A DNA stretch of 64,000 bases. It comes from Pirellulales bacterium (GTDB lineage Bacteria; Planctomycetota; Planctomycetia; Pirellulales; PALSA-1355). Both the position numbers and the translations under genes were made by a program. Positions 38,960-49,645 of this stretch are shown here, piece by piece (the first letter of the stretch is position 1; each line of letters begins with the position of its first letter). The stretch spans positions 2,208,001 through 2,272,000 of the forward strand of contig CAVTBU010000005.1 of the NCBI GenBank assembly GCA_963733035.1, read 5' to 3'. The notes under the pieces are model-generated. The model was not told the DNA's origin and made no database searches. It saw only the letters and a list, made by a program, of their open reading frames with translations.

Positions 38960-39243
38960 CGCGGCACGTGCTGCGACCTGCCACCGCCATATCGCTATCG
39001 CCGCTAGCACCAGATCAAAACCGGCCTGACGACCGCACGGAGCCAACTTTCGCACTGGCGCATTTGCCAGAAAAGATTGCCGGGAAGTAGGTTACGAGCC
39101 GCGGCGCGCGCCGCAACTCGTATTTACCCTCTGGCGGGGCCCCGCTAGAATCCGGCCCTTTGCGGTTCGGTGACAGGAGGTCGCCGACGGCAATTTCAAC
39201 CAAGTTCGGCGACGCGATTGGTTTACTGAGGGAGGCAACTCTG

Positions 39244-41997
39244 GTGTCCAAGGAAGGACCCTCGAACGGCGAGTTGTTTTTGGCTCGGCCGTTCGTCTTG
39301 GGGACGCGGCTGATCCTCGCTTTTCCGGTCACCACGCTGGCAATCATGCTTGGCTTGGCCGGTGTCGCATGCTATCTCACGGCCACGCGACTCGGCTATC
39401 AGACCAACCGCATGGACCTGGTCGATCCCAAGAGCAACTACAATCAGCTCTGGACCGAATACATCGAGGAGTTCGGTGACGACGACGACGCGGTCATCGT
39501 CGTCGAGGGAGCCGGCCGCAAGCAGGTCGTGCCGGTGCTCGAAGAACTCTCGGCGATGCTGGGACGCGAGGACCGGCTGTTTCATGCCGTGCTTCACGAG
39601 GTCGATCTCGGCAAGATTCGCTCGAAGGGACTGCACTATCTGTCGGCCGACGAGCTCAGCGGCATCGATCGCTTTTTAGCGGAAACCGGGCCGATCCTCT
39701 CAGGGGACTGGTCCAGTCTGAACGTCAGCCATATGGCCGGCGGCCTGGTGCGACAAATGCAGTCGGCCGGCAACGATTCGGTGCGATTCGAGCAGGCGCG
39801 CGAAAAGGCCAATCGCCTGGCCGAAAGCCTTGGTGCGGCGTTGGGACAGCGTGGGCGCTACCAATCACCGTGGCCGGAAATGCCCTCCTCATTCGCGATT
39901 CTAAGCGAACTCAATTCCGAATACCTGCTTACCAAACAGGGGCAACTGGGGTTCGTGCTGCTTCGCCTGGCAAGTGGCGACGACGACTTCAGTCACTGCA
40001 CCGAAGCGACCGCGGCGCTGCGCGAACTGATCGCGCAATCGCAAGCCCGACATCCAGACGTCAAGATCGGCCTGACCGGCTTGCCGATCATGGAAAACGA
40101 CGAGATGGCTTCAAGCCAGACGTCAATGTTCTGGGCCAGCTTGGTCTCGATGGTTGCGGTGGGGCTGCTGTTCATCGCCGGCTTTGGCGGAGCGCGGCAC
40201 GCACTGCTGGCCAACGCCATCCTGCTGGTCGGCATGGCGCTGGCGTTTGGTTACACGACGCTTGCCGTCGGACACTTGAACATCCTGAGCGTCACCTTCA
40301 CGGTGACGCTGATCGGCATCGGAATCGACTACGGCATCTACTACGTCGCCTGCTACCTGCAGCGTCGCGGCGAAAACCAAGACTGCCAGACCGCGCTGCT
40401 GGAGTCCGCCCGCGTAGCTGGTCCCGCGATTACCACTGGTGCGGTCACCACCGCCATTGCGTTCTTCGCGGCCGGCTTGACGAGCTTCAAGGGCGTGGCC
40501 GAATTGGGCATTATCGCCGGCGGCGGCATCCTGCTCTGTGCCATCGCCGAACTGGTGTTGCTGCCCGCCTGCATCTGGCTGGTCGACCGCAGCGGCTGGG
40601 GTGTGCGCATGCCCAAGCCCCTGGGCGTGCATCGTTGGATTGCTCCCTTGCTCCGCTTTCCACGCTTTACGTTAGCGCTGAGCCTTGCCGGAACTGCCAT
40701 CGTCGCGCTGGGAATCGGCCACTTGTGGTACGACAACAATCTGCTCAACATGCAGGCCGAAGGGCTCGAAAGCGTCGAACTTGAACGCAAGCTGCTTTCC
40801 GAATGTAACCAAAGCGTGTGGTATGCGTTGTCGATCGCCGACAGCCGCGAAGAGTTGCTCGAACGCAAGGAAAAGTTCCTGCAGCTCGGTTCGGTTGAAC
40901 GGACCGAGGAGATCGTCTCGCTATTGCCGGTGGCGGACAAGGTCAAACAGCCGATCATCGACCAGATCGGCCATCGCCTGGCCACGCTGCCCGAGCGGCC
41001 AGCGCAGATCACGGTCGACACGCCCGAGGCGCTCGGACAAGTACTCGGCGAACTCCAAAAGGTTTTAGCCAATTCGCGGTACGACGAGCGGAGCGTGCGA
41101 CAACTCGAGGCCGTGCGCGACCTCCTTCGCCGGCTCCCCACCACTGACTGCTACGCCTTGCTCACCCGATTCCAACAGGAAATGGCCGGGGATCTGCTCA
41201 GTCGCCTGCACATCCTCAAGAGCATCGCCAATCCAGCCCCGCCCGCGCTCACCGACCTGCCTGCCAGCCTTGTCGACCGCTTTGTCGGTCAACACGGCAA
41301 GCACCTGCTCAAGATTTACGGTCGCGGCGACATCTGGGACACGATGGCCCTGCGGCGCTTCGTCAACGAAGTGCGCAGCGTCGATCCGCACGCCACGGGC
41401 AATCCGCTGCAAGCCCACGAAGCTTCGCTGGAAATGATGCGAAGCTACCAAGAGGCTGCGATCTACGCGCTGCTCGTCATCCTGGCCGTACTGGTACTCG
41501 ACTTCAAGAGCCTGCGCATGGCCGCGCTGGCAGCTGTGCCGCTCGGCATTGGCATCCTGCAAATGCTGGGGCTGCTCGGTTGGCTCAACATCCCGCTGAA
41601 CCCTGCCAACCTGATTGCGCTGCCGTTGATCCTCGGCATTGGCGTCGACTATGGCGTGCACATCCTGCACGAGTATCGCGAAACGCAGGGGCCCTATCGC
41701 ATGTCGGCGGGCACGGCAGTGGCTGTGCTGGTCGACGCGCTGACTACGCTGGTGGGCTTCGGATCGCTAATGATCGCCACGCACCAGGGCCTGCAAAGCC
41801 TGGGCCGCGTGCTTACGCTCGGGGTGACTTGTTGTCTGTTCACTTCGCTTGTCATGCTGCCGGCGGCGCTAACCTGGATGACGCGCAATCGTAAACATCC
41901 GCTGCCGGAGGATCCGCGCGTGCTCATCGAACCCCGCGCCGCCGTGGCTTTCGCCGAAGTGGAACTGGCGGAAGAGTCGCTCCGACGCGCGGCCTGA
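39244..41997 (+). CDS. MMPL/RND family transporter (HpnN-like)
   Basis: Two halves with IGIGIDYGIY and LGIGVDYGVH. GTG start behind a GGGAGG RBS. Confidence 0.88.
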   Translation: MSKEGPSNGELFLARPFVLGTRLILAFPVTTLAIMLGLAGVACYLTATRLGYQTNRMDLVDPKSNYNQLWTEYIEEFGDDDDAVIVVEGAGRKQVVPVLEELSAMLGREDRLFHAVLHEVDLGKIRSKGLHYLSADELSGIDRFLAETGPILSGDWSSLNVSHMAGGLVRQMQSAGNDSVRFEQAREKANRLAESLGAALGQRGRYQSPWPEMPSSFAILSELNSEYLLTKQGQLGFVLLRLASGDDDFSHCTEATAALRELIAQSQARHPDVKIGLTGLPIMENDEMASSQTSMFWASLVSMVAVGLLFIAGFGGARHALLANAILLVGMALAFGYTTLAVGHLNILSVTFTVTLIGIGIDYGIYYVACYLQRRGENQDCQTALLESARVAGPAITTGAVTTAIAFFAAGLTSFKGVAELGIIAGGGILLCAIAELVLLPACIWLVDRSGWGVRMPKPLGVHRWIAPLLRFPRFTLALSLAGTAIVALGIGHLWYDNNLLNMQAEGLESVELERKLLSECNQSVWYALSIADSREELLERKEKFLQLGSVERTEEIVSLLPVADKVKQPIIDQIGHRLATLPERPAQITVDTPEALGQVLGELQKVLANSRYDERSVRQLEAVRDLLRRLPTTDCYALLTRFQQEMAGDLLSRLHILKSIANPAPPALTDLPASLVDRFVGQHGKHLLKIYGRGDIWDTMALRRFVNEVRSVDPHATGNPLQAHEASLEMMRSYQEAAIYALLVILAVLVLDFKSLRMAALAAVPLGIGILQMLGLLGWLNIPLNPANLIALPLILGIGVDYGVHILHEYRETQGPYRMSAGTAVAVLVDALTTLVGFGSLMIATHQGLQSLGRVLTLGVTCCLFTSLVMLPAALTWMTRNRKHPLPEDPRVLIEPRAAVAFAEVELAEESLRRAA

Positions 41998-42078
41998 AAC
42001 ACCGCGTGAAGCAACTCGCCGGGTTCACTCGCGAGGATATGCAGTGCTGGGCTCTAGGTATGGGCATGGGGCTAGCCT

Positions 42079-42846
42079 TTACTGCTTCGCTTTTCGTGCC
42101 CGCTCGGCTGCTTTCCGCTCGCGATAGTCCGCCAGCACGCCGTCCGGATCGTCGTTGAACAGGTCGCGGCAGCCGCCGCAACAGACATAGTACGTCTTCC
42201 CCTGGAACTCGACGGCGATTGTTCCCAGTCCGCCAGTCACGACGCACTCTGGACCGCTGGCCGCCGTCTTGGCGAAACCGCTCCCTTTGCGTGTCGAACC
42301 AACTTCGGCCAGTCGCCCGAACGTCGCCTCGCCGAGCCGCTTTTCGTACAGCACGAGCATCCGATCGCCGCCCGCCACCAGTCGCACGGTGATCCGTGCC
42401 GGCTCGTCGCTGTTTGCCGCCTGTGAGACAGCGATCAGGACGCCATCGCGAAGCCTGCCCTCGAACCGCAACGTCGCATCCTCGGTGCCGTCCGCGATCG
42501 TACCCAGCACGACAAAAGTTTCCGGCGCGTCGCCCGGCTTAATCTGTAGCCGCGCGAAATACTTGTCGCGGTCGAGCGTCGCCACCAGTTCCGCGCGGCC
42601 GTCCGCAAAATGCCACGACCACTCAGTAAGCTCTGTCCAGGCCCCTTGATTGGACCCTCGCTTGGGCAGCCCCACGCCGCGCCACTGGCCGACGTAAGTC
42701 TGCAAAGGCGCGAGCGCCCCCTTGTCAGCCGCCAACTGAGGATTCTCGTCCGCCCGCACTTGCACGATCGGCGACAAAAAAATCAGCGATACCACGCCAG
42801 TTGCGACCGCGCCCCAAGCAATACCGCTAGCCACCCGCCGAATCAT
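42079..42846 (-). CDS. Exported protein with a C-terminal YHS/TRASH-like metal-binding motif
   Basis: Signal-like N-terminus, beta-rich core and CVVTGG...GKTYYVCCGGCRDLF. Confidence 0.75.
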   Translation of the reverse strand: MIRRVASGIAWGAVATGVVSLIFLSPIVQVRADENPQLAADKGALAPLQTYVGQWRGVGLPKRGSNQGAWTELTEWSWHFADGRAELVATLDRDKYFARLQIKPGDAPETFVVLGTIADGTEDATLRFEGRLRDGVLIAVSQAANSDEPARITVRLVAGGDRMLVLYEKRLGEATFGRLAEVGSTRKGSGFAKTAASGPECVVTGGLGTIAVEFQGKTYYVCCGGCRDLFNDDPDGVLADYRERKAAERARKAKQ

Positions 42847-43024
42847 GTGAACCTCCGGGAAATGCTCATCCTCATTTGAATATAACACCGCAACGCCGCG
42901 GTCCGATCGGCAATGTCTTGGAAACAGAACATCCCTGTCAAAACCTATCGCCCCTTTCCCCTTCTCGCCGACGCCTCTAAACTGACGAATTCTCCGCCAG
43001 CCGGTTGTTCCCTCCGAGCGCGCC

Positions 43025-43864
43025 ATGGTCCACAACATGCCCGTCAAAACGTTGGTCCACAAGGACCTGACGATCGAGGGCTATTCTCGCGCCGCGGTGC
43101 AAACCTATTGGCGCGTGCCGGAACTCAAAATCGGCTTTGATCTTGGGGCACAGCCGTGGGCGTTCATGTCGACGCCCACCTGGTTCGTCTCCCACGCGCA
43201 TCTCGACCACATCGCCTCGATTCCGGTCTACGTCGCGCGGCGGCGGATGATGAAAATGGAACCGCCGACGATCTACCTGCCCACGACCGCGGTGGACCCG
43301 GTGCACAAGATTTTACGATTGTTCACACGGCTCGATCGGGGGCGGATGCCCTGCGAGCTGGTAGGCATCGAACCTGGCAGCGAAATCGAACTTTCCCGCG
43401 AACACGTTGTTACCGTCTCGGCAACCAAGCACACCGTGCCGTCGTTGGGCTTCGTCGTCTGGGAGCGCCGGCGCAAGCTCAAGTCCGAATATCAGGGGCT
43501 CGCCGGCCCACAGATTCGCGATCTGCGGCTGGGAGGCACCGACGTGACTGAGGAGAAACGCATCCCGCGGTTTGCCTATCTGGGCGACAGCGCCCCGGAT
43601 GGGCTCGACCATTGCCCCGCCATGTACGAGGCCCACGTGTTGGTGATGGAGATGACGTTTGTCTCCCCTTCGCATCGCAAGGAGAAAATCCACAAGTTCG
43701 GCCACATCCATCTCGACGACGTCCTCGAGCGCCGCGAGCGATTCAAGAACGAACTGGTCATCGCCTCGCACTTCAGCACCCGCTATAGCATCAAGCGCAT
43801 CCGCGATACCGTCGCCCGTATGGTCCCCGACATGCTCGACGGCCGGCTGCAACTCTGGCTTTGA
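43025..43864 (+). CDS. Metallo-beta-lactamase-fold hydrolase, tRNase Z-like
   Basis: SHAHLDH (HxHxDH), HTVPS, YLGD, EMTF, GHIH and HFSTRY. Confidence 0.8.
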   Translation: MVHNMPVKTLVHKDLTIEGYSRAAVQTYWRVPELKIGFDLGAQPWAFMSTPTWFVSHAHLDHIASIPVYVARRRMMKMEPPTIYLPTTAVDPVHKILRLFTRLDRGRMPCELVGIEPGSEIELSREHVVTVSATKHTVPSLGFVVWERRRKLKSEYQGLAGPQIRDLRLGGTDVTEEKRIPRFAYLGDSAPDGLDHCPAMYEAHVLVMEMTFVSPSHRKEKIHKFGHIHLDDVLERRERFKNELVIASHFSTRYSIKRIRDTVARMVPDMLDGRLQLWL

Positions 43865-43971
43865 GTCGGCGGGTAATTTCGCCCATTCCCTCCGCCGGAG
43901 CAGTCTCGCGTAGAATGTAGCGGCGGCTCGACCGACCGCCGCGCGCCGTTGTTCCCTATCTTTGTTCGCAC

Positions 43972-45114
43972 ATGCAGACCAACTTCCCAGCCCCGCGTTC
44001 CGCGTACGTCCACGTGCCGTTTTGTCGCCATCGGTGTGGATATTGCAATTTCACGCTGGTGGCCGGACGCGACGATTTGATCGCCGACTATCTGCGGGCC
44101 ATGGAGCTGGAACTACGCCGGCTTGGCGAGCCGCGCGAGGTCGACACCCTGTTCTTCGGTGGAGGCACGCCAACGCATTTGCCGCTCGATGCCTTGGAGA
44201 CGCTTCTACAAACAACTCGCCGCTGGTTTCCGCTGGCGGCTGGGGGAGAGTTCAGCGTTGAAGCCAACCCGGTGGACCTGACCCTCGAGAAGGTTGCTCT
44301 GCTGGCCGAGAGCGGCGTCAATCGCCTCAGCCTCGGCGGGCAGTCGTTCGATACGGCCAAACTCGCGCTGCTCGAGCGCGATCATGACGCAAATACCATC
44401 ATCCGCGCCATGGAAGTTGCTCGACAACGAATTGCGGCCGTGTCACTCGATTTGATCTTCGGCGCTCCCGGCGAAACTCTGGATGTCTGGCAGCGCGATC
44501 TCGATTCCGTCTTGACGCTACGGCCCGAGCACGTTTCGACCTATGGTCTGACATTCGAGCGCGGCACCCCGTATTGGAGCCGGCTGCTCGCGGGCGACCT
44601 GAAGCGCCTCGAAGAGGAGACCGAGCGGACGATGTATGCATTGGCGATCAATGCGCTCGCGGAGGGTAAGTTCGAACACTACGAAGTGTCGAATTTCGCG
44701 CGGCCGGGCCATCGCTGCCGGCACAACGAAGCCTACTGGGCTGGTGGTGGGTACTTCGCCGCCGGCCCCGGCGCGGCTCGCTATGTGAACGGCCGCCGTG
44801 AGATGAACCACCGTAGCACGACAACCTGGCTCAAGCGTATCCTGGCCGGCGAGTCACCGGTCGCGGAAAGCGAAACGCTGGCTCCCGAGGATCGCGCTCG
44901 GGAACTGCTCGTGTTTGGGCTGCGACGTCTCGATGGAGTCAAGCGTCAAGAATTTGCCGCGCGGAGCGGCTATACGATCGACGAGCTGGTCGCCAAACCG
45001 CTGGCAGATTTTGTCGAGCACCACCTACTCAGCGATGACAACGACCGCGTGAAACTCACGAAGGCAGGCCTCTTCGTCAGCGATGCCATCTGGCCACATT
45101 TTTTGCGCGGTTGA
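43972..45114 (+). CDS. hemW: Radical SAM haem chaperone HemW
   Basis: YVHVPFC, CRHRCGYC, GGGTP, YEVSNFA and the HNEAYW (HNxxYW) signature. Confidence 0.9.
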   Translation: MQTNFPAPRSAYVHVPFCRHRCGYCNFTLVAGRDDLIADYLRAMELELRRLGEPREVDTLFFGGGTPTHLPLDALETLLQTTRRWFPLAAGGEFSVEANPVDLTLEKVALLAESGVNRLSLGGQSFDTAKLALLERDHDANTIIRAMEVARQRIAAVSLDLIFGAPGETLDVWQRDLDSVLTLRPEHVSTYGLTFERGTPYWSRLLAGDLKRLEEETERTMYALAINALAEGKFEHYEVSNFARPGHRCRHNEAYWAGGGYFAAGPGAARYVNGRREMNHRSTTTWLKRILAGESPVAESETLAPEDRARELLVFGLRRLDGVKRQEFAARSGYTIDELVAKPLADFVEHHLLSDDNDRVKLTKAGLFVSDAIWPHFLRG

Positions 45115-45150
45115 AAGCGCAGCCGGCACTGCTACCGGGTAAGGTGCGAG

Positions 45151-45363
45151 CTATTGGGCCACGTCGGGCGGAGGGGGCTCCACGGCCGGCGTAATATAAC
45201 CGGGCGGAGTTGTCGCTGGCGCCGGCGGCCCCGGTTGGTAGTGCTCGATGTTCGGGTTATTGAAGCCGTAAGCGTTCTGATAGAACCGCTTTGGACCAGC
45301 GCAGCAGCCGACCATCCCTGCAATAAGCAGCCCCGCCATCGCGCTGGCAACAAGCCGGCTCAT
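45151..45363 (-). CDS. Small Pro-rich putative lipoprotein
   Basis: Hydrophobic N-terminus ending in a VGC lipobox, GGAG RBS upstream; fills the gap between hemW and the MFS gene. Confidence 0.55.
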   Translation of the reverse strand: MSRLVASAMAGLLIAGMVGCCAGPKRFYQNAYGFNNPNIEHYQPGPPAPATTPPGYITPAVEPPPPDVAQ

Positions 45364-45601
45364 ACGCCTACTCCCGCATCAAACACTGACGATTCCAAGG
45401 AACCTATCTCGATTATCGGTTGTGATAGTCGCGCAAGATGATCGTATTCACGATCGCAAGCTGCTAGCAGGTTCCACGGGGACTCAGCCACGCAACCTCC
45501 GCTGCCCAGCTAGCAACCAACGGAGTGGTTAAGTATCCTGGCTCGCACGCGGCGATGCCTCTGCCTACGAAAGCCAACTTCCCGGCGACTCCCTCGCGCT
45601 G

Positions 45602-46924
45602 ATGCCCAACCCTCCGATTGATTCCACGTCTGCCATCGAACCGACTGCGACCCACCACCTGCGCGACCTCTCTGCCGCGCAGTGGAAGAGCGGCGTTGCC
45701 GCCTGGTTGGGGTGGTTGTTTGATGGGCTGGACATGCACCTCTACACGCTTGTGGCGTTGCCATTCGTGGCGACGTTGATGGCCGTGGATGAAACGGATC
45801 CGCTGGTCGGCACCCGGGCGGCTTATATTCAGGCGGCCTTCTTGTTTGGCTGGGCGCTCGGCGGCGGGTTCTTTGGACGAATCGGCGATCGGCTCGGACG
45901 AAGCCGGGCGCTGGTGCTTACGATCCTGACCTATGCCGTCTTCACCGGACTATCGTTCTTTGCGCAAGCCTGGTGGCATTTGCTCATCTTTCGTTTCCTC
46001 GCAGCGCTGGGCATCGGCGGCGAATGGGCCGTTGGCGCGGCGCTGCTTTCGGAAACCTGGCCCAAGCGTTGGCGACCATGGCTCGCTGCCGTGCTGCAAT
46101 CCGGTGTCAACTTGGGCATCGTGCTGGCCACCGTAGCCGCGTACCTGCTCTCGGGCTTCGAACACCGGTACGTGTTTCTGGTCGGTATCTTGCCGGCGCT
46201 GATTACGCTTTGGATTCGCCGCGCGGTGCCCGAAACAGAAGCCTGGCACGCGGCGAAATCGGCCGGCGGCGAGGTCGATCCAAGCATTTGGGAACTGTTT
46301 CGCGGTGACGTGCGACGAACTACCTTGCTCACGATCGCCGTTTGTGCGCTGTCGCTTTCGGCGCACTGGGCATTCGCATTCTGGAGCGTGCAGCAGTTGC
46401 GGAACCTGCCGGAAATTTTCGCCTGGACACCCGCCGAGAAAAGCCAGCTCGTGAGCCAAGCATTCGCTCTGTTGATGGTTTCATCGATCGTCGGAAACTT
46501 CTTCGCCGCCTGGCTCGCCCGCTGGATCGGCTATCGCGCGTCGATCGCGTCGCTGTGCCTGGTCTATGCCGCGACACTGCTGTTCACGTACTCAACGCCG
46601 CGAGACTACCGCCAGATGATGTGGCTTTGGCCGATCCTGGGCGCTTCGTCAGGGTTGTTCGCACTGTTCACCATGTATTTGCCGCCGCTATTTCCCACAC
46701 TACTTCGCACGACCGGCGCCGGATTTTGTTATAACATCGGTCGCATCGCCGCCGCCGTAGGCACGCTGTTCTTCGGTCTCTACAGCCAGGTCAGCGACTT
46801 TCGCACGGCGCTGTTTTATACCGGCTTCGTGTTCGTGCCAGCGGGCATCGTGGCGATGTTTTTGCCCAATCCGCTCGACGAACTTGAGCTTGTAACCACG
46901 CCCGAGTTAGTCCCCGTCGAATAA
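45602..46924 (+). CDS. MFS transporter
   Basis: GWLFDG, GRIGDRLGR, GIGGEW and PPLFPTLLRTTG. Confidence 0.92.
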   Translation: MPNPPIDSTSAIEPTATHHLRDLSAAQWKSGVAAWLGWLFDGLDMHLYTLVALPFVATLMAVDETDPLVGTRAAYIQAAFLFGWALGGGFFGRIGDRLGRSRALVLTILTYAVFTGLSFFAQAWWHLLIFRFLAALGIGGEWAVGAALLSETWPKRWRPWLAAVLQSGVNLGIVLATVAAYLLSGFEHRYVFLVGILPALITLWIRRAVPETEAWHAAKSAGGEVDPSIWELFRGDVRRTTLLTIAVCALSLSAHWAFAFWSVQQLRNLPEIFAWTPAEKSQLVSQAFALLMVSSIVGNFFAAWLARWIGYRASIASLCLVYAATLLFTYSTPRDYRQMMWLWPILGASSGLFALFTMYLPPLFPTLLRTTGAGFCYNIGRIAAAVGTLFFGLYSQVSDFRTALFYTGFVFVPAGIVAMFLPNPLDELELVTTPELVPVE

Positions 46925-46944
46925 ATCCTTGCAGGTTCTCCCCA

Positions 46945-47988
46945 ATGAACATCCAGCGTGCCAAGCTCCAAGAATTCACTGCCAACATTTTTGCCGCCGC
47001 GGGATGCGCGGCTGAAGAGGCCGGCCGCATTGGTCACTATCTCACCGAAGCAAATCTCGTCGGGCACGATTCTCACGGCGTAATCCGCGTCCCATCGTAC
47101 ATCGATTGGCTCAAGGCTGGAAAAGTCGTGGCCAATCGCACCATTCGCGTCGACTTCGAAAACGAGGTGATCGCCGTCGTTGACGGGCAATACGGTTTTG
47201 GCCAGTCAATCGGCGAACAAGCCACGAAATATGGTATCGAGAAATGTGCGGGGCAGGGCGTTGCGGTCGTCGCGCTGCGCAATGCCGGGCACTTGGGACG
47301 CATCGGCGACTGGCCGCTGTTGGCTGCACGGTCAGGGCTCGTGTCGCTGCATTTCGTGAACACCAGCGGCATGGGCATTTTGGTGGCGCCGTTCGGCGGA
47401 AAGCAGCGGCGGCTGTCGGCCGATCCGATTGCGGCCGGTGTGCCTGTCGCCGGCGGTGAGCCGATTCTGCTCGACATGTCGAGCTGCACGATCGCCGAAG
47501 GCAAGCTCCGCGTCGCTTTCAATAAAGGCGTGAGCGTGCCCGAGGGCTGCATCATCGACGCTGAGGGAAAGCCCACCACCGATCCCAAGGTGTTTTACGC
47601 CGATCCGCCCGGCGCGATCCTGCCGATCGCCGGACACAAAGGATACGCCCTGGGCTTCATCGTCGAGATGATGGCCGGCGCGCTAACCGGGGGCGGCGCC
47701 AGCAACCCCAACAAAGCCGGCCGGCTGGCCAACGGCATGCTCTCGATCTACATGGATCCCAAGAAGTTTCGCGACGCGGCCGAATTCGCCACCGATGTCG
47801 AGCAGTTCATCGCCTGGGTCAAAAGTTGCCCCACGCAGGAGCCCGGCGGCGAAATCCTGGTCCCCGGCGACATTGAAGTGCGGACCAAGGCCCAGCGGCT
47901 CGAACGCGGCATTGAACTCGACGACAACACCTGGCAAAACCTGGTCAACGTGGCGCACGAGCTTGGTGTGCAAAATCCTGACAGGTAA
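46945..47988 (+). CDS. Ldh_2 (malate/L-lactate/ureidoglycolate) family dehydrogenase, HcxB/YbiC-like
   Basis: ANLVGHDSHG, DGQYGFGQ, GHLGRIG and HKGYAL. Confidence 0.88.
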   Translation: MNIQRAKLQEFTANIFAAAGCAAEEAGRIGHYLTEANLVGHDSHGVIRVPSYIDWLKAGKVVANRTIRVDFENEVIAVVDGQYGFGQSIGEQATKYGIEKCAGQGVAVVALRNAGHLGRIGDWPLLAARSGLVSLHFVNTSGMGILVAPFGGKQRRLSADPIAAGVPVAGGEPILLDMSSCTIAEGKLRVAFNKGVSVPEGCIIDAEGKPTTDPKVFYADPPGAILPIAGHKGYALGFIVEMMAGALTGGGASNPNKAGRLANGMLSIYMDPKKFRDAAEFATDVEQFIAWVKSCPTQEPGGEILVPGDIEVRTKAQRLERGIELDDNTWQNLVNVAHELGVQNPDR

Positions 47989-48050
47989 GGCGACTGGCAG
48001 CCTCGGCAGTGAGTTGCCCATCCTCACGCAACGCAGCGTAAGTTGTTGGA

Positions 48051-49256
48051 TCACAAGCCGGCCTTCTCTCGCGCCAGCTCCAGCTTCGCCTGCAACTGCG
48101 CGTTCTGCGGTTGGGACTTGATCAACTGTTCGAGCAGCGGCACGGCCTCGTTGTAGTTCTGCTTCTCCAGATACGCGTCTGCCAGGCCGTACGTGCCGGC
48201 GTTCGGGCCGGGCGACACCTTAAGCATGTGCTTCCAAACCTTTATCGCTTCATCCAGCTTGCCTTCGGCTTTGAGCACCCGAGCCATGCCGTTGAGCACG
48301 CCGGCGGCGTCCGGTTCGATCTTGAGCGCTTTTTCGAAATGTGGCTTGGCCTTTTCCGGCAGTCCGCTGTTGAGCAGCGCCCAGCCCAGCCCGTTCAAGA
48401 CGTTGGGGTTGTCGGGATCTGCGGCCAGGACCTTTTGGAACAGCTCGCGCTTCGGCGTTGCGGCCTTGATTAAACAGTCGCCAGGCTTGCATGAATTCGG
48501 CCTGCGAATCGGCCGGCGCTGGCGGCTCGATCAACCGCCGTAGTTCGTCCGGAAGCTGCCTGTTCTTGGCGGCCGCAAGCATTTGCCTCGCACCGTCGTC
48601 GCTTTCGCCCGAGTTGACGATCTTCTGCGCCCATTTCTGGGCCTGTGCGTATTTGCCTTCGAGCAGGTAGAGCTTGGCCAGTGCGTACCAGGCTGCCGTC
48701 GCCTGCGGGGCGGCTTTGAGCAAATACTTCTCGGCCACGTCGTACTTGCGATCCAGCAGCGCCAGTTGTCCCAACCCGTTGAGCGCGGCAGGATGCTTCG
48801 GTTCCAGGGCGATGGCTTTCTTGAAGGCCTGCTCGGCCTCGGCGCTGCGTCCCGAGTTAAAATTACTCCAGCCAAGACCGTTCCAGGCACTGGTGTTCTT
48901 GGGAGCCAACTTGACGGCCTGTTCGAATTTTGCGCAGCTTCGTCCACCTGGCGCGCCTGCCAGAGCTGCCAACCTTGTTTTGTGAGCACCGCCGACTCGT
49001 CGGCGTGGGCAGCTGCGCCGGTTCCCACCATGGTCAAAGCCACCAACACAGCGCACAGGATCGCAAGCATGGTCAGTCCTCCCACGATTGAGTAGACGAG
49101 GTATTTCCGCCGCGCACGCTGGCGTTCTTCGATCTGCAGCGACTGGACCAGCAGGTCGTCGGCCTTCTGCATGGCATGTTCCAGCCGAGCATCGTCGGTC
49201 GCCGCGGCGGCGCTGGCACCGAGCCGTCCCTTTCCGGTAGGGCGAGATTCACGCAT
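48051..49256 (-). CDS. Membrane-anchored TPR protein; two apparent frameshifts (~48930, ~48448)
   Basis: Three overlapping ORFs join into a short N-terminal segment, one TM helix and repeated xNGLGW/xNGLGQ/xNGMAR TPR units. Confidence 0.8.
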
Positions 49257-49270
49257 GATTGCACCGGCTA

Positions 49271-49645
49271 TCAAATTCGCTTGATCAGACGCGCGGCATC
49301 CTCGGCGTTGGTTTTGCCCGGCTCGACCGCATCGAGCAGGCTGCCGCGCACACGCTGGGTCTTGGCGATTTCGCCACGTATCGCTTCGATCACTTTGTCC
49401 AACCGCGAGCGAACCGTGGGATAGGAGACCCCGACTTGTTCGGCGATTTCCTTCAAACTGCCGCTGGCCAGCACGAACATCTCGATGAACCGCTGATGTT
49501 CAATCGGCAAGCCGGCCAGCCGCGACATGGGAAACGCCGAGCAAACCGCGACGCGACACGCATCACACGTCATCTCCGTAATCCGCATCGACTCGCCACA
49601 GTACGGACAATCGTGCCCCACGGGGCGTGCATCGATATTGGACAT
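49271..49645 (-). CDS. DUF2089 family protein (Zn ribbon + HTH)
   Basis: CPYC...CDAC and FVLASGSLKEIAEQVGVSYPTVRSRLDKVI, with a short C-terminal helix pair. Confidence 0.88.
   Translation of the reverse strand: MSNIDARPVGHDCPYCGESMRITEMTCDACRVAVCSAFPMSRLAGLPIEHQRFIEMFVLASGSLKEIAEQVGVSYPTVRSRLDKVIEAIRGEIAKTQRVRGSLLDAVEPGKTNAEDAARLIKRI

Noticed and set aside
39244..41997. Hopanoid biosynthesis cluster
   Set aside because: Only an HpnN-like transporter is present, with no shc or other hpn genes in the window.
43972..45114. Coproporphyrinogen dehydrogenase HemN
   Set aside because: The short N-terminus and HNxxYW motif indicate HemW.
10336..49256. Programmed frameshifting or pseudogenes in the split non-IS genes
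   Set aside because: No slippery heptamers, and both halves look undecayed. Sequencing error is the simpler explanation.
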